A stretch of DNA of 64,000 bases from contig JAERTI010000043.1 of NCBI GenBank assembly GCA_016844925.1, positions 66,642 through 130,641 of the forward strand, given 5' to 3'. The translations under genes were made by a program, and so were the position numbers. The DNA comes from Candidatus Uhrbacteria bacterium. Lineage in GTDB: Bacteria; Patescibacteriota; Patescibacteriia; UBA9934; GWF2-40-263. The notes below the pieces were generated by a model. The model saw nothing but the letters and a program-made list of their open reading frames with translations. It did no database searches and was not told the DNA's origin. Shown here in pieces: positions 48,150-57,054 of this stretch (within the stretch, counting starts at the first letter, position 1; the number at the start of each line of letters is the position of its first letter).

Positions 48150-48677
48150 ATGAAACTACGAACACCGGATGTGCACGAGGTTCGTCGGCGGGTCTACCAG
48201 TCCTGCTACGAGCTTCAGCACGCCAGGCAGGTCGTTGATGACGCCTGTCGAGCTGGTAGTTACTGGGCACTGGGCTGCGCACTCCGCGTGGAACAGATCG
48301 CTCAGCAGGCGCTGGCTGAGAATGAGAGAGCTCTGGAGAGGGAGCGTGATTACGCCATCTTCATAGAGCATTTGCGCAAGCATAGTACCGAGATTGCTCG
48401 TAGGCTTTCTCTGGTGCAGGCCCTGGAAGAAGAGTGTGCGTTCCTGGAGAAGAAGTGGGACGACGCTCGAGCTGATTTGGCCCATCAGCTGCGCCTTGCC
48501 AAGCGCCCCGGCCGCCCCGGAAAGAACGCGGCCGATCTCATTGGTGGTTTTGAGGCGGAGGTGGAGATTCACTGCCGCAACTATTTCGAGAAAGAAAGGG
48601 AACTCAGGTGCGCGCGTGAGTGGTGGTACAGGCTCATGTACCCCTGCCACCATAGGCATCTCAAGGTACGCGCGTAA
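48150..48677 (+). CDS. hypothetical helical protein (175 aa)
   Basis: downstream of motif M. Confidence 0.45.
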   Translation: MKLRTPDVHEVRRRVYQSCYELQHARQVVDDACRAGSYWALGCALRVEQIAQQALAENERALERERDYAIFIEHLRKHSTEIARRLSLVQALEEECAFLEKKWDDARADLAHQLRLAKRPGRPGKNAADLIGGFEAEVEIHCRNYFEKERELRCAREWWYRLMYPCHHRHLKVRA

Positions 48678-48726
48678 GACCTTGAGCGAGCTTGCTCGAC
48701 AGAGGAGTACGTCCTCCTGTCGGGCT

Positions 48727-48797
48727 CCTCAACACAGAGGTTGATTAACCACGTAAAACCCTTCGGGTCACGTGGCACGTCGACATCTGCGTTGGGG
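48727..48797 (+). repeat. attC-like repeat, B-type
   Basis: near-identical to 47988..48058. Confidence 0.6.
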
Positions 48798-48828
48798 AAA
48801 CCCTGACTCAGACCTATAGGAGGCCTTT

Positions 48829-49197
48829 GTGCCGCACACCGACAATCAGACTCTCTTCCTTCGGCTGACTCTTGCGGCGTGGATCGCCCAGGAGTTCGGG
48901 ATCGAGCCAGATATGGCCGAGATCGACGCGTTCCTCGCGAAGCTGCAGGACGAAGAGGCCCTGAATAACTTCGATGACCGGGACTCCCGACCGGGGTTCT
49001 GGATCATGGAGAACAAGCTCTTCCAGTACCACCATCACCACAAGCCCGGCTTCTACATCTACAACGTCGACGGTGAGAACTGGCACCGCGACTACAACCG
49101 CATCGACGATCTCAACCGGATCGTCTGGCCCAACCCGGTGATGACCGGCTCGGTTGGCAGCGACTGTGGTCGCTGGGGCTGCTGGGGTCGCTACTAG
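48829..49197 (+). CDS. hypothetical protein with HHHH tract
   Basis: AGGAGG RBS followed by GTG start. Confidence 0.45.
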   Translation: MPHTDNQTLFLRLTLAAWIAQEFGIEPDMAEIDAFLAKLQDEEALNNFDDRDSRPGFWIMENKLFQYHHHHKPGFYIYNVDGENWHRDYNRIDDLNRIVWPNPVMTGSVGSDCGRWGCWGRY

Positions 49198-49298
49198 CAC
49201 CCAGCACACAACCCCGTTAGGCACGGACGACCTAGCGGGCACCCACGTAAAGACCTTCGGTCCACGTGGCACGGCCCAAGTCACGACGCGACTTGGGA

Positions 49299-49340
49299 CC
49301 TGAACGTAGAGCTCGAGTTTGCTCGAAACCTGCGTTGAGG
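49299..49340 (+). repeat. attC-like repeat, A-type
   Basis: preceded by H1 hairpin, UUCG hairpin and cccaagt/acttggg hairpin. Confidence 0.6.
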
Positions 49341-49392
49341 GCTGAGGCTCTCTTGAACACACCCCCGGCAATGTCCGGGTAAAGGCTGCGAG

Positions 49393-49599
49393 ATGTGGAA
49401 TTGGCTGAACCGACTTCTGGGCATCAACCCCAAGAAGAAGGAGTCCACCACCAGGACGAGGACTGGGCTCGGCTCTCAGAACGACGCTTGGCGTCGTGAG
49501 CGCTGCCCGCTTCCTGAGTTCGATTTCAGGGGCCCCACGCGTCGCCGGATTGAGCGAGAGCTCGCCGAACGAGCGCACGCCCGCACCGAACGCTACTAG
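49393..49599 (+). CDS. small basic protein (68 aa)
   Basis: cccggc..ccggg-TAAAGG leader. Confidence 0.35.
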   Translation: MWNWLNRLLGINPKKKESTTRTRTGLGSQNDAWRRERCPLPEFDFRGPTRRRIERELAERAHARTERY

Positions 49600-49628
49600 C
49601 CCGACGAGGTGAACGACCTTGTCGGGAT

Positions 49629-49670
49629 CCTCAACGGAGTTCTCGATAAGATCGAGAGTTCCGTTGAGAG
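49629..49670 (+). repeat. attC-like repeat, C-type (CCTCAAC ggagtt CTCGAT aaga TCGAGA gttcc GTTGAGA)
   Basis: same architecture, different L-boxes. Confidence 0.55.
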
Positions 49671-49805
49671 ATTTTCAAAAATGATTGTTCTTCCGGGGCG
49701 CAGAATACAATTGTGCTCCCTGGAAGGCTGGTCAGTAATCGGGATTGATCAGTCTCTTCTGCTTAGGCAGAGCCAGCATTTGCTGGAACACACGAAGGAG
49801 AAACA

Positions 49806-50135
49806 GTGACCCGCTGTGATAAATGTGGTCTCCCTGTAACAAGGGAAAACAACGCACTTCTGCTTTCGATCGTCGTCAAGCGCATGGTGAAGCACGGAGT
49901 GGATTACGTTCCTGGCGAGTGTAACGCCCTCGATCTCATGGCCATTGTTGTGCTCAGGGGTCGACACTTGCTGCCGGTAACCGAAGGTGATGAGGTGGTT
50001 TGCACTGGCTCCCCAAGCCGCGCACAGTACCTGCCTGGTCAGCCTGAGGATACGCGCGGGTTTCCGCTTGATGAGAATCTTCGTCCCGTCTACGACGCGG
50101 CTTACAATCGTCTGACATCCGGCAGGCCGATCTGA
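49806..50135 (+). CDS. hypothetical protein with N-terminal CxxC
   Basis: AAGGAG RBS followed by GTG; AT-richer cassette. Confidence 0.45.
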   Translation: MTRCDKCGLPVTRENNALLLSIVVKRMVKHGVDYVPGECNALDLMAIVVLRGRHLLPVTEGDEVVCTGSPSRAQYLPGQPEDTRGFPLDENLRPVYDAAYNRLTSGRPI

Positions 50136-50203
50136 TGTAGTCTCATCACTTGCTACGCCCCCCCGACCGAGGACCCGTCTGACAGCAGATGGGGAACGTC
50201 CTC

Positions 50204-50244
50204 GTTCGGGCTCCCAATGGAGCGTTCGATAAGATCGAATGTTC
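50204..50244 (+). repeat. attC-like repeat, C-type variant with compensatory R-box change (CCCAAT / ATTGAGG)
   Basis: C to T in R'' matched by G to A in R'. Confidence 0.5.
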
Positions 50245-50320
50245 CATTGAGGGAAACCTCTTGCACGACAGCTGACGGCTTGCCGTCATAACCATAAGCA
50301 GTCCCTCCCTGGAGTAACAC

Positions 50321-50575
50321 ATGTGGACTGACTGGTTTGAGAACGAGCACGTTGACGCTCTGCTGCAGAGCGCCGCATCGAACTTCCACCTGGTGCAGGT
50401 GGAGATGGTGGACGGAACGATCCACGAGGGTGAAGTCAGCCTCAACGGCGGCATCGAGATCGTCCGTGAGGGTGAGGGAACGACGGAGCTCGACAGCGAG
50501 CAGATCGCCCGCATGCGCCTGACGACCTGGCGCGAGGTCCCGCCCGAGGACCCGTTCAAGGTCGACTGGGACTGA
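50321..50575 (+). CDS. hypothetical acidic protein (84 aa)
   Basis: ORF within cassette. Confidence 0.45.
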   Translation: MWTDWFENEHVDALLQSAASNFHLVQVEMVDGTIHEGEVSLNGGIEIVREGEGTTELDSEQIARMRLTTWREVPPEDPFKVDWD

Positions 50576-50663
50576 GTCCCACCGCACACCCGCCCAGGCA
50601 CACACGACCTGGCGGGTACGACCGAGCTCAGCTCGGCACGCCTCAAGTGAGACGCACTTGAGG

Positions 50664-50705
50664 ACCGAACGTAGAGGTTGAGCCTGCTCGACCCTTACGT
50701 TGGGA
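50664..50705 (+). repeat. attC-like repeat, D-type (ACCGAAC gtagag GTTGAG cctg CTCGAC ccttac GTTGGGA)
   Basis: preceded by H1, CCGAGCTcAGCTCGG and cctcaagtg/cacttgagg hairpins. Confidence 0.5.
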
Positions 50706-50733
50706 AACTTGAAACAGCTAAAGGGGAAAACCC

Positions 50734-51279
50734 ATGAGTGACATGGATACGAGAGTGGGGACGGAGTGCCTCGTGCAGATCGAAGAGATCGACGAGCAGA
50801 TTGAGCGGCTGCAGCAGCGACAGAAGGAGCTGATGGAGCAGGCTCGCGTCTCCACGGCCGTGGCCTACGTGGCCATTCTGGACGTGCAGACCCAGGCCGT
50901 AGACATCTTCCCGGTGTCGTCGGACGACCGGCTCAACGCGTACGGGAACCAGTGCGACTGCGACTTGATGCTCAACACGTGCTACTGCGACGAGAAGTGG
51001 ACGTCGGTCCGCAACTTCTCGTTCGAGGTCATGCTCGACGACCGTCCGTCCTGGCAGAGGCGCCACTCGCCTCGCAAGGATGGTGTCCAGCTCGCCTTCG
51101 AGTACTGGTGCGACAAGCGCGACTACTTCAAGACCTCCACGAGGGGTCTGCCGTACGGTGAGGAGTGTGAGCAGGTGGACTGGGAACGACCTCGCCGCAA
51201 GATGCTGCTGTACGCCACCAGGACCGAAGAAGAGGCTCGCACCTGGGCCGCGTCCAAGACGCAGCAGGCCGCTGGCTAG
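50734..51279 (+). CDS. Cys-rich hypothetical protein (181 aa; CDCD...CYCDEKW)
   Basis: ORF within cassette. Confidence 0.5.
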   Translation: MSDMDTRVGTECLVQIEEIDEQIERLQQRQKELMEQARVSTAVAYVAILDVQTQAVDIFPVSSDDRLNAYGNQCDCDLMLNTCYCDEKWTSVRNFSFEVMLDDRPSWQRRHSPRKDGVQLAFEYWCDKRDYFKTSTRGLPYGEECEQVDWERPRRKMLLYATRTEEEARTWAASKTQQAAG

Positions 51280-51325
51280 AGTCAGAACAACGGCTCGACC
51301 GAGGAGTACGTCCTTGTGTCGGGCT

Positions 51326-51367
51326 CCTCAACGTAGAGCTCGAGCTGACTCGAGACCTGCGTTGGGG
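51326..51367 (+). repeat. attC-like repeat, A-type
   Basis: CCTCAAC...CTCGAGctgaCTCGAG...GTTGGGG. Confidence 0.6.
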
Positions 51368-51438
51368 AGTGCGATGGATGCCCGTAGGGCAACGCACAAC
51401 CTGTACCCGTCCTGGAGAGTCCGGGAAGGAGAGCCAAC

Positions 51439-51654
51439 ATGGCTTGGAAGATTGTGAGTGTGGTGCTGGGCGTGAGTGCGTTCGTGCTCGGTTGCGTCTG
51501 GTTTGTTCTGCTGTGCATCATGACCTTTGGTGTGCTCACCCCTGAGGGGAGCATCGACCAGGTGCTGGACGGCATCTGCTGGACGCTCGCTTGCGGAGCC
51601 ATTGGCATTCCGCTGGCGACGCTGTCGTTGAAGGCTTGGGAGCGCGGAGCGTAG
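51439..51654 (+). CDS. small membrane protein (71 aa)
   Basis: AAGGAG RBS, two TM helices. Confidence 0.45.
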   Translation: MAWKIVSVVLGVSAFVLGCVWFVLLCIMTFGVLTPEGSIDQVLDGICWTLACGAIGIPLATLSLKAWERGA

Positions 51655-51736
51655 CTCCAACACACAAACTCCTGTCAAAGGAGTACGGCCGATACTTATC
51701 GGCACGGCGGGCATAAGAGACATCACGTCTCGCCCG

Positions 51737-51790
51737 TCGCCACTGACTTGGTTTCGATGCAGTAAGATCGAGATCAGATCAGTGGTGTGA
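51737..51790 (+). repeat. possible highly diverged attC-like repeat (CCACTGA ... TCGAT gcagtaag ATCGA ... TCAGTGG)
   Basis: architecture conserved, R-boxes unrelated. Confidence 0.3.
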
Positions 51791-51919
51791 AAACCACTTC
51801 GCAGGATGTTCGTGGGGATTGGTCGACCACGGACGCGAAATTTCTAATCCGAAAGGTACTCTAAGCAGGCTTGCTCGGCTTGCTGCGACCAAAGAGTTGA
51901 GTTCTACAAGTGAGGACTC

Positions 51920-52651
51920 ATGAGCAAGATGGAAGAGATCCGCCAGACGGTGGCGGACAACATGCATCGCGTGGCCAAGCTCGGCCAGTGGCCCAGCCAC
52001 ATCAACGCCGAGAAGAGCCTGCTGAGCCGCATTCCCGAGCCGGGCAAGGAAGCCCCTGGGTTCGACGCCGGCATCGCCTGCGCGCTGGGCCTGATCCCGC
52101 GCGACAAGCAGCAGCTGGCGGCGCAGCTGCACGCCAACTACACCCCCAAGGCGGTGAAGCTGGTGCGGCGCCAGTCCGTTCAGATGCACGAGGACGCCCC
52201 CACCACCTGGTGGCTCGCCGCGTGCTGGCTCTGCGACGAGGCCGGTGTGAGTCAGCGAGACTTCCTGCGCCAGGTGAGTGCGTTCAAGCGCCTCGCTGCG
52301 GATCCGCAGACCAGGCGCAAGGTCGCCCGGGAGGAGCTGGAGCGCAAGAAGAAGCTCTTCGTCGTTCTGGACGGCATCGCCTACGGCGCTCAGGATGGTG
52401 CTGCGCAGGGAGCGTACATCGCTGGGGTGGACCTCGCGGTGGTGTGGATGGAGAAGTACGGTATCTACTTCGTCAGCACCTACCACGAGAGCCTCGGCCT
52501 GGAGGACTTCGTCTGGTCCGACCGTGTCGACGACCAGGGGCGGCTCATGAGCGGCCCGATCCACGGCTCGCGCCAGTTCGTGAAGACCGGCTCCCAGGAG
52601 GAGCTCGGCAAGATGCTGGAGATCGCCAAGGCCCACCTGGCCATCGGCTAG
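51920..52651 (+). CDS. hypothetical protein, paralog family X (PGFDAGIACAL, TWWLAA, SLGLEDF.WSD)
   Basis: about 45% identical to 53453..54202. Confidence 0.6.
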   Translation: MSKMEEIRQTVADNMHRVAKLGQWPSHINAEKSLLSRIPEPGKEAPGFDAGIACALGLIPRDKQQLAAQLHANYTPKAVKLVRRQSVQMHEDAPTTWWLAACWLCDEAGVSQRDFLRQVSAFKRLAADPQTRRKVAREELERKKKLFVVLDGIAYGAQDGAAQGAYIAGVDLAVVWMEKYGIYFVSTYHESLGLEDFVWSDRVDDQGRLMSGPIHGSRQFVKTGSQEELGKMLEIAKAHLAIG

Positions 52652-52737
52652 ATCTCGTCGAGCTCAGCTCGACAAACGACCCTGTTAGGCACGGACGACC
52701 TGACAGGAGCACTCCCAAGTCATCACGCGACTTGGGG

Positions 52738-52847
52738 ACTCAACGGAGAGGTTGATACGAATATTCCTCGAGCAACGTCGAGAGGCTGTATATGCAGCAC
52801 TTCGACAGGCTCAGTGAATATTCGCGTGATTGACACCTGCGTTGGGG
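52738..52847 (+). repeat. attC-like repeat, long B-type variant (110 bp) with nested 10-bp stem ACGAATATTC/GAATATTCGT
   Basis: ACTCAAC...GTTGAT...TTGAC acctgc GTTGGGG. Confidence 0.5.
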
Positions 52848-52897
52848 AAACTGCTTTTCCCACGGTCCGGTTCACGCCGGAAAAGGCAATAGCTGAA

Positions 52898-53239
52898 ATG
52901 TTTGAGTCCGAGGTCCTTAACGGGCTTGCGGTGGTTCTAGTCTACGTTCTGCCGTTTGGATGCGCGTTCCTTATCGCCTACAAAGGAGAGTGGTTCGAGA
53001 GGGTGCGTGCGTTCAGTTCATGGTTCGAGATGGCGATCGGAGACGAGAGTCTCGATGGTTCTCGAAAGAGGCGTGGTGACAGGTACCTGTACCTGGCCAA
53101 CGCGATACTCATCGGCATCTGCACCGGCATGCTCGTGACAACTGGTACACGTGAGTTCAGTGCCTCCGCAACGATCAATCTGGTGGTGTGTCTACTTTGG
53201 GGGGTCTTCCAGATTTACCTCCTGAGGAAGCGACGGTAA
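52898..53239 (+). CDS. membrane protein (113 aa)
   Basis: three hydrophobic helices. Confidence 0.45.
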   Translation: MFESEVLNGLAVVLVYVLPFGCAFLIAYKGEWFERVRAFSSWFEMAIGDESLDGSRKRRGDRYLYLANAILIGICTGMLVTTGTREFSASATINLVVCLLWGVFQIYLLRKRR

Positions 53240-53329
53240 GCACACGGGCCGACTGACGTCGCTCTCGGTTTGCAAGATGACCGAGGGTAGACGATGCCTG
53301 GCGCGAGGAGAACGTCCTTGTGTCGGGCT

Positions 53330-53400
53330 CCTCAACACAGAGGTTGATGAACCACGTAAAACCCTTCGGGTCACGTGGCAGGTCGACACCTGCGTTGGGG
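53330..53400 (+). repeat. attC-like repeat, B-type
   Basis: followed by palindrome ACCTGCCGGCAGGCAGG. Confidence 0.6.
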
Positions 53401-53452
53401 ACTTACCTGCCGGCAGGCAGGAACCCATCTTTCAACTTCAAGGAGGGGTCAC

Positions 53453-54202
53453 ATGACCTTCGACATCAGGGGTGCCGCAGAGGCACTGGAGACCGTGCGT
53501 GACAACGTGGAGCGCGTGGCAGCGCTGGGTGAGTGGAGCGCGAACGAGCACGCCAAGGGGCGTCTGATCGGGCGCGTCCCGCAGGACAACGATGGTGAGG
53601 ACGAGGTACTGGCTCCCGGCTTCGACGCCGGCATCGCCTGCGCGCTGAGCATGATCCCCGAGGACAAGCAGCGGCTCAGCGCCGTCCTGCACGCGGCGTA
53701 CACGCCCGAGGCCATCGCGCAGCTGCGTGGTGAGCTCGAGAACATGACCCCCGGCACCGAGACCACCTGGTGGCTCGCTGCCAGCTCGCTGTGCGAGGAG
53801 GGGAACATCTCCGTGCTCAGCTTCATGGCCCAGGTGCGCCAGTTCGAGCAGCTGATGCTGGATCCGGCCAAGCGCCTGATGGCCGCCAAGGCCGAGTGGA
53901 ACAAGCTCAAGGGCAGCTTCCAGGACATGAACGGTGTCGCCTACACCACGGTGGATGGTGGCATGCAGGCTGGCTACATCGCTGGTCACAAGCTGGCGGT
54001 GGGATACGCCGAGAACTACGGCATCCACTTCGTGGGCACCTACCTGCCCAGCCTGGGCCTCGAGGACTTCGAGTGGTCCGACGTCTGTGACAAGCAGGGT
54101 CGCTCCACCAGCGGCCTGCTCGGACCGAACTTCGCCAAGGTCGGCGATCTGGTCGAGCTCGGTGAGGTCATCAAGATCGCCCGGGCCCACCTGAAGATCT
54201 AG
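53453..54202 (+). CDS. hypothetical protein, paralog family X
   Basis: AAGGAGG RBS. Confidence 0.6.
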   Translation: MTFDIRGAAEALETVRDNVERVAALGEWSANEHAKGRLIGRVPQDNDGEDEVLAPGFDAGIACALSMIPEDKQRLSAVLHAAYTPEAIAQLRGELENMTPGTETTWWLAASSLCEEGNISVLSFMAQVRQFEQLMLDPAKRLMAAKAEWNKLKGSFQDMNGVAYTTVDGGMQAGYIAGHKLAVGYAENYGIHFVGTYLPSLGLEDFEWSDVCDKQGRSTSGLLGPNFAKVGDLVELGEVIKIARAHLKI

Positions 54203-54209
54203 GAGACAG

Positions 54210-54371
54210 ATGAAAGAATGGATTCAGGGGCTGCTGAAAAAGTACTTCAGCCCCCCACCACCGCGACGTCCAACCGTCTACGTGGTGCACGGACCCGCTT
54301 ACCGCTCGCGCTGGAGCTGCCGGTGCGACGAGACGGAACCCGATTGGCAGGACAGCTGCTACTGCGGGTAA
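54210..54371 (+). CDS. small Cys-rich peptide (53 aa; C.C.ETEPDWQDSCYC)
   Basis: AGGAG RBS 4 nt upstream; not in ORF track (under 60 aa); C-terminus resembles 55849..56067. Confidence 0.4.
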   Translation: MKEWIQGLLKKYFSPPPPRRPTVYVVHGPAYRSRWSCRCDETEPDWQDSCYCG

Positions 54372-54414
54372 GAGTCTGACGGCTCGACCGAGGAGAACGT
54401 CCTCGTGTCGGGCT

Positions 54415-54456
54415 CCTCAACGGAGTTCTCGATTTCGGTCGAGACCTGTGTTGGGG
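54415..54456 (+). repeat. attC-like repeat, A/C hybrid (CCTCAAC ggagtt CTCGAT ttcg GTCGAG acctgt GTTGGGG)
   Basis: mixed L-boxes. Confidence 0.55.
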
Positions 54457-54540
54457 AATATCCTGAGTAGGATTGACCTAAATCGTCGCAGATTGGTGTT
54501 GCCTGCAATGCCGATGCTGCACTTCACAGGAGAAGGACAC

Positions 54541-54930
54541 ATGCTGAGGGAACGGCTCGAACAAGGTCGAGGGATCCCTGCCAAGACCGACCACAACAGG
54601 GTTCGGCAGGTGAAGGATGCGCTGGTTCAGGAGCTCGGTGAGCATCTGGGGCGTGAGTACCGATGGCTGGCGGCCTGCACGGTTGCGGTCGAGGGCGGCC
54701 GGTGGGGTGGCGAGCGCCGCCGCAAGCGACGTCTCAAGCTCGCCGCGATGATCGGCGAATGCTACGCTCACCTGGGTGAGCCCAACCCGTTGGCGGAGCT
54801 GCCCAAGGACTGGGAGATGACTGGGCTGTACTACGGCTACGGTGCCATGCAGCGCTACCAGGAGGATCGCGGTGGCAGCATCGAGGGACTCGTCATGATC
54901 GGGCTGCTGGACAGCGGCAAGCTCGGCTAG
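54541..54930 (+). CDS. hypothetical protein (129 aa)
   Basis: AGGAGAAGGA RBS. Confidence 0.45.
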   Translation: MLRERLEQGRGIPAKTDHNRVRQVKDALVQELGEHLGREYRWLAACTVAVEGGRWGGERRRKRRLKLAAMIGECYAHLGEPNPLAELPKDWEMTGLYYGYGAMQRYQEDRGGSIEGLVMIGLLDSGKLG

Positions 54931-55038
54931 CTCCACCTCTGGAGCACACGACCCCGTCAGGCACGGACGACCTGACGGGCGCCCACGTAAAGACCTTCGG
55001 TCCACGTGGCACGCCCCAAGTCACTACGCGACTTGGGG

Positions 55039-55080
55039 ACTGAACGTAGAGCTCGATTGTGATCGAGACCTGCGTTGGGG
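55039..55080 (+). repeat. attC-like repeat, A-type
   Basis: preceded by perfect H1 hairpin CCCGTCAGG/CCTGACGGG and UUCG hairpin. Confidence 0.6.
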
Positions 55081-55163
55081 ACCTGTCCACCGACAGGGGG
55101 GAAACCCAATCGAAACAACGGGCGTCGGCCCGTAAGTCCAGCAGCGCTGGAAGAAAGGAAGAC

Positions 55164-55481
55164 GTGCTTGTTGATGTAATGATCTACTTGGCATGTTGGT
55201 TGGTCGGAGCGGTGTCTGGTCAGCTGATCAGGTTTCTTCCCAAGAGAGATCGGTTTGGCATGAGGCAGGTGGGTTTGATGGCCTTCATTGGTCTGGGCTG
55301 CATGTTGTCTTTGAACGTGATGTTTCTCGATTTCGATGATGCCGCCAAGGTGGCTTCATGGTCGCGGGATGTCACTGGGACCTACGGAACCTTGTTCGGT
55401 TTTTACTTCGGGTCTCTTCACGTCTTCGAGGCGATGGTGAAGTCGAAGAATTCTTCCTCACAACAGGAAAGAAAGAGTTAA
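55164..55481 (+). CDS. small membrane protein
   Basis: start GTG 55164 or ATG 55179. Confidence 0.4.
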   Translation: MLVDVMIYLACWLVGAVSGQLIRFLPKRDRFGMRQVGLMAFIGLGCMLSLNVMFLDFDDAAKVASWSRDVTGTYGTLFGFYFGSLHVFEAMVKSKNSSSQQERKS

Positions 55482-55483
55482 AG

Positions 55484-55693
55484 ATGAAGAAGAATAAGAT
55501 GAGCGAGTGCCGCCAGTTGATTCTTGGCTTAGCCCTCGAATGGTTCTTGTTCCTTCTGGTTGCCATGGCGATTTTCTTCGCAATAAAGTCCAGTGTTTGC
55601 TCAGGTGCTGTTGCTGCTGAACGGTCGGCGATGGAAGGCTATTCGATCTTGAGAGAGGTTCTTTGCGAGGCTATACAGTCAAGCGACACGTAG
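55484..55693 (+). CDS. small membrane protein (69 aa)
   Basis: immediately follows previous ORF; AT-richer. Confidence 0.4.
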   Translation: MKKNKMSECRQLILGLALEWFLFLLVAMAIFFAIKSSVCSGAVAAERSAMEGYSILREVLCEAIQSSDT

Positions 55694-55800
55694 ACCACAT
55701 ATCCTCACACCTGTTACGTTCTTCTGGGCCGCGTGCGTTTCTATCGTACGAGCAGAAGAGGGCAGGGTGAGACGACCTCAAGCGCACGCAATGCTTGGGG

Positions 55801-55842
55801 ACTGAACGGAGAGCTCGATTTCGATCGAGACCTGCGTTGAGG
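55801..55842 (+). repeat. attC-like repeat, A-type; R' GTTGAGGTG doubles as SD for next ORF
   Basis: ATG 6 nt after GAGGTG. Confidence 0.55.
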
Positions 55843-55848
55843 TGAATC

Positions 55849-56067
55849 ATGGAGAACGAAGAAACCATCGAGACAGAAAGGACGGCCATGGACCGATTCA
55901 TTCAGGGGCTGCGGAGTTTCTTCCGCTGGGACCCCGAGTCTGAAAAGGTGCAAGAGATCGCGTTGGTCCCCACCGGACCCAAGCGGAAGCGTCCGCGTCA
56001 CCCCGAGACCGGCTGCTACTGCGAACCGGACCCTGAGTGGCAGGAGTACTGCCACTGCTGGCACTGA
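55849..56067 (+). CDS. small Cys-rich protein (72 aa; GCYCEPDPEWQEYCHCWH)
   Basis: C-terminal motif shared with 54210..54371. Confidence 0.45.
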   Translation: MENEETIETERTAMDRFIQGLRSFFRWDPESEKVQEIALVPTGPKRKRPRHPETGCYCEPDPEWQEYCHCWH

Positions 56068-56109
56068 GCCCTACGGCTCGACCCGAGGAGAACGTCCTCG
56101 CGTCGGGCT

Positions 56110-56151
56110 CCTCAACGGAGTTCTCGATTTCGATCGAAACCTGCGTTGAGG
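56110..56151 (+). repeat. attC-like repeat, A-type
   Basis: CCTCAAC ggagtt CTCGAT ttcg ATCGAA acctgc GTTGAGG. Confidence 0.6.
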
Positions 56152-56185
56152 TGAATCCATCACCTAAAGAAACAGGAGGCAAGGC

Positions 56186-56728
56186 ATGCAAATCGACAGA
56201 GACAGGCACCTGCTGAAAAACATGAGAACGTGGAGCGCGGCTCTGGTGGAAGCGTTCAAGGGGATCTACAAGGAGCCTCTCAAGAACCAGCCCACCGGCA
56301 AGCCCTGGCCCGAAGGGACCAAGCAGTCGCTGGGTCACAGTGGTGGCCTGTGGAACATTGAGCTGCCCACCGGTGAGAAGCTGCAGATCCACATCTCGGA
56401 CAACGTCTCGCGCGAGCCGCTTCCGGAGATTCCGCTGCGATGGTTCCCGGTCGTGGAGATCGAGACGCGCCAGGTTCTGCTGCTCCCCAGGCTGCAGCTG
56501 CAGCTGTGGCAGGGTCACATGGAACCCGAGGAGCTCGACGAGCTTCTCATTCCGGATCTCGATCTGGTGCGCCTGGGCACGCTGGACATCGCGCCGATGC
56601 TGCCCCTCAAGGCCATCGCGCTCATGCTCCTGGTCAAGATGCCGACGCCGATGGGCTACGGCACTCGGGCAGAGGCGCAGACGTTCCGACAGGCACTGAT
56701 GCGAACCTGCGCGGAGCACACCATCTGA
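56186..56728 (+). CDS. hypothetical protein (180 aa)
   Basis: AGGAGG RBS. Confidence 0.5.
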   Translation: MQIDRDRHLLKNMRTWSAALVEAFKGIYKEPLKNQPTGKPWPEGTKQSLGHSGGLWNIELPTGEKLQIHISDNVSREPLPEIPLRWFPVVEIETRQVLLLPRLQLQLWQGHMEPEELDELLIPDLDLVRLGTLDIAPMLPLKAIALMLLVKMPTPMGYGTRAEAQTFRQALMRTCAEHTI

Positions 56729-56784
56729 GCGTGAGTACATGAGCCCTACGGCTCGACCCGAGGAGAACGTCCTCGCGTCGGGCT

Positions 56785-56830
56785 CCTCAACGGAGAGGTT
56801 GATTCGCGAGAATCGACACCTGCGTTGAGG
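56785..56830 (+). repeat. attC-like repeat, short B-type
   Basis: CCTCAAC ggagag GTTGAT tcgcgaga ATCGAC acctgc GTTGAGG. Confidence 0.55.
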
Positions 56831-56871
56831 TGTTACTGAACATCTTGAATCGTCCCACACAGGAAGCAAGC

Positions 56872-57054
56872 ATGCACCCGAGACATCACGCAGACACCCA
56901 GTTCGAGGATGACATCCACGACAGGGGTGGCGAACCCTTCAACGCCATCGACGCGGCCGCGGCTGCAGAGATGGAGCGTCAGCTCGAGGTAGAAGCTGCC
57001 CACGCCGAAGCGCTCGAAGAAGAGCGCTGGCTGTGGTCCGTCGACTACTGCTAG
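56872..57054 (+). CDS. small acidic protein (60 aa)
   Basis: AGGAAG RBS. Confidence 0.35.
   Translation: MHPRHHADTQFEDDIHDRGGEPFNAIDAAAAAEMERQLEVEAAHAEALEEERWLWSVDYC

Noticed and set aside
46414-48282. Minus-strand ORFs of 250-320 aa in the cassette array (46414..47367, 47431..48282, 48814..49578, 51779..52636, 53438..54190, 55898..56869)
   Set aside because: They run across attC-like repeats and antisense to RBS-supported plus-strand cassette genes. Their composition is low-complexity, typical of spurious high-GC ORFs.
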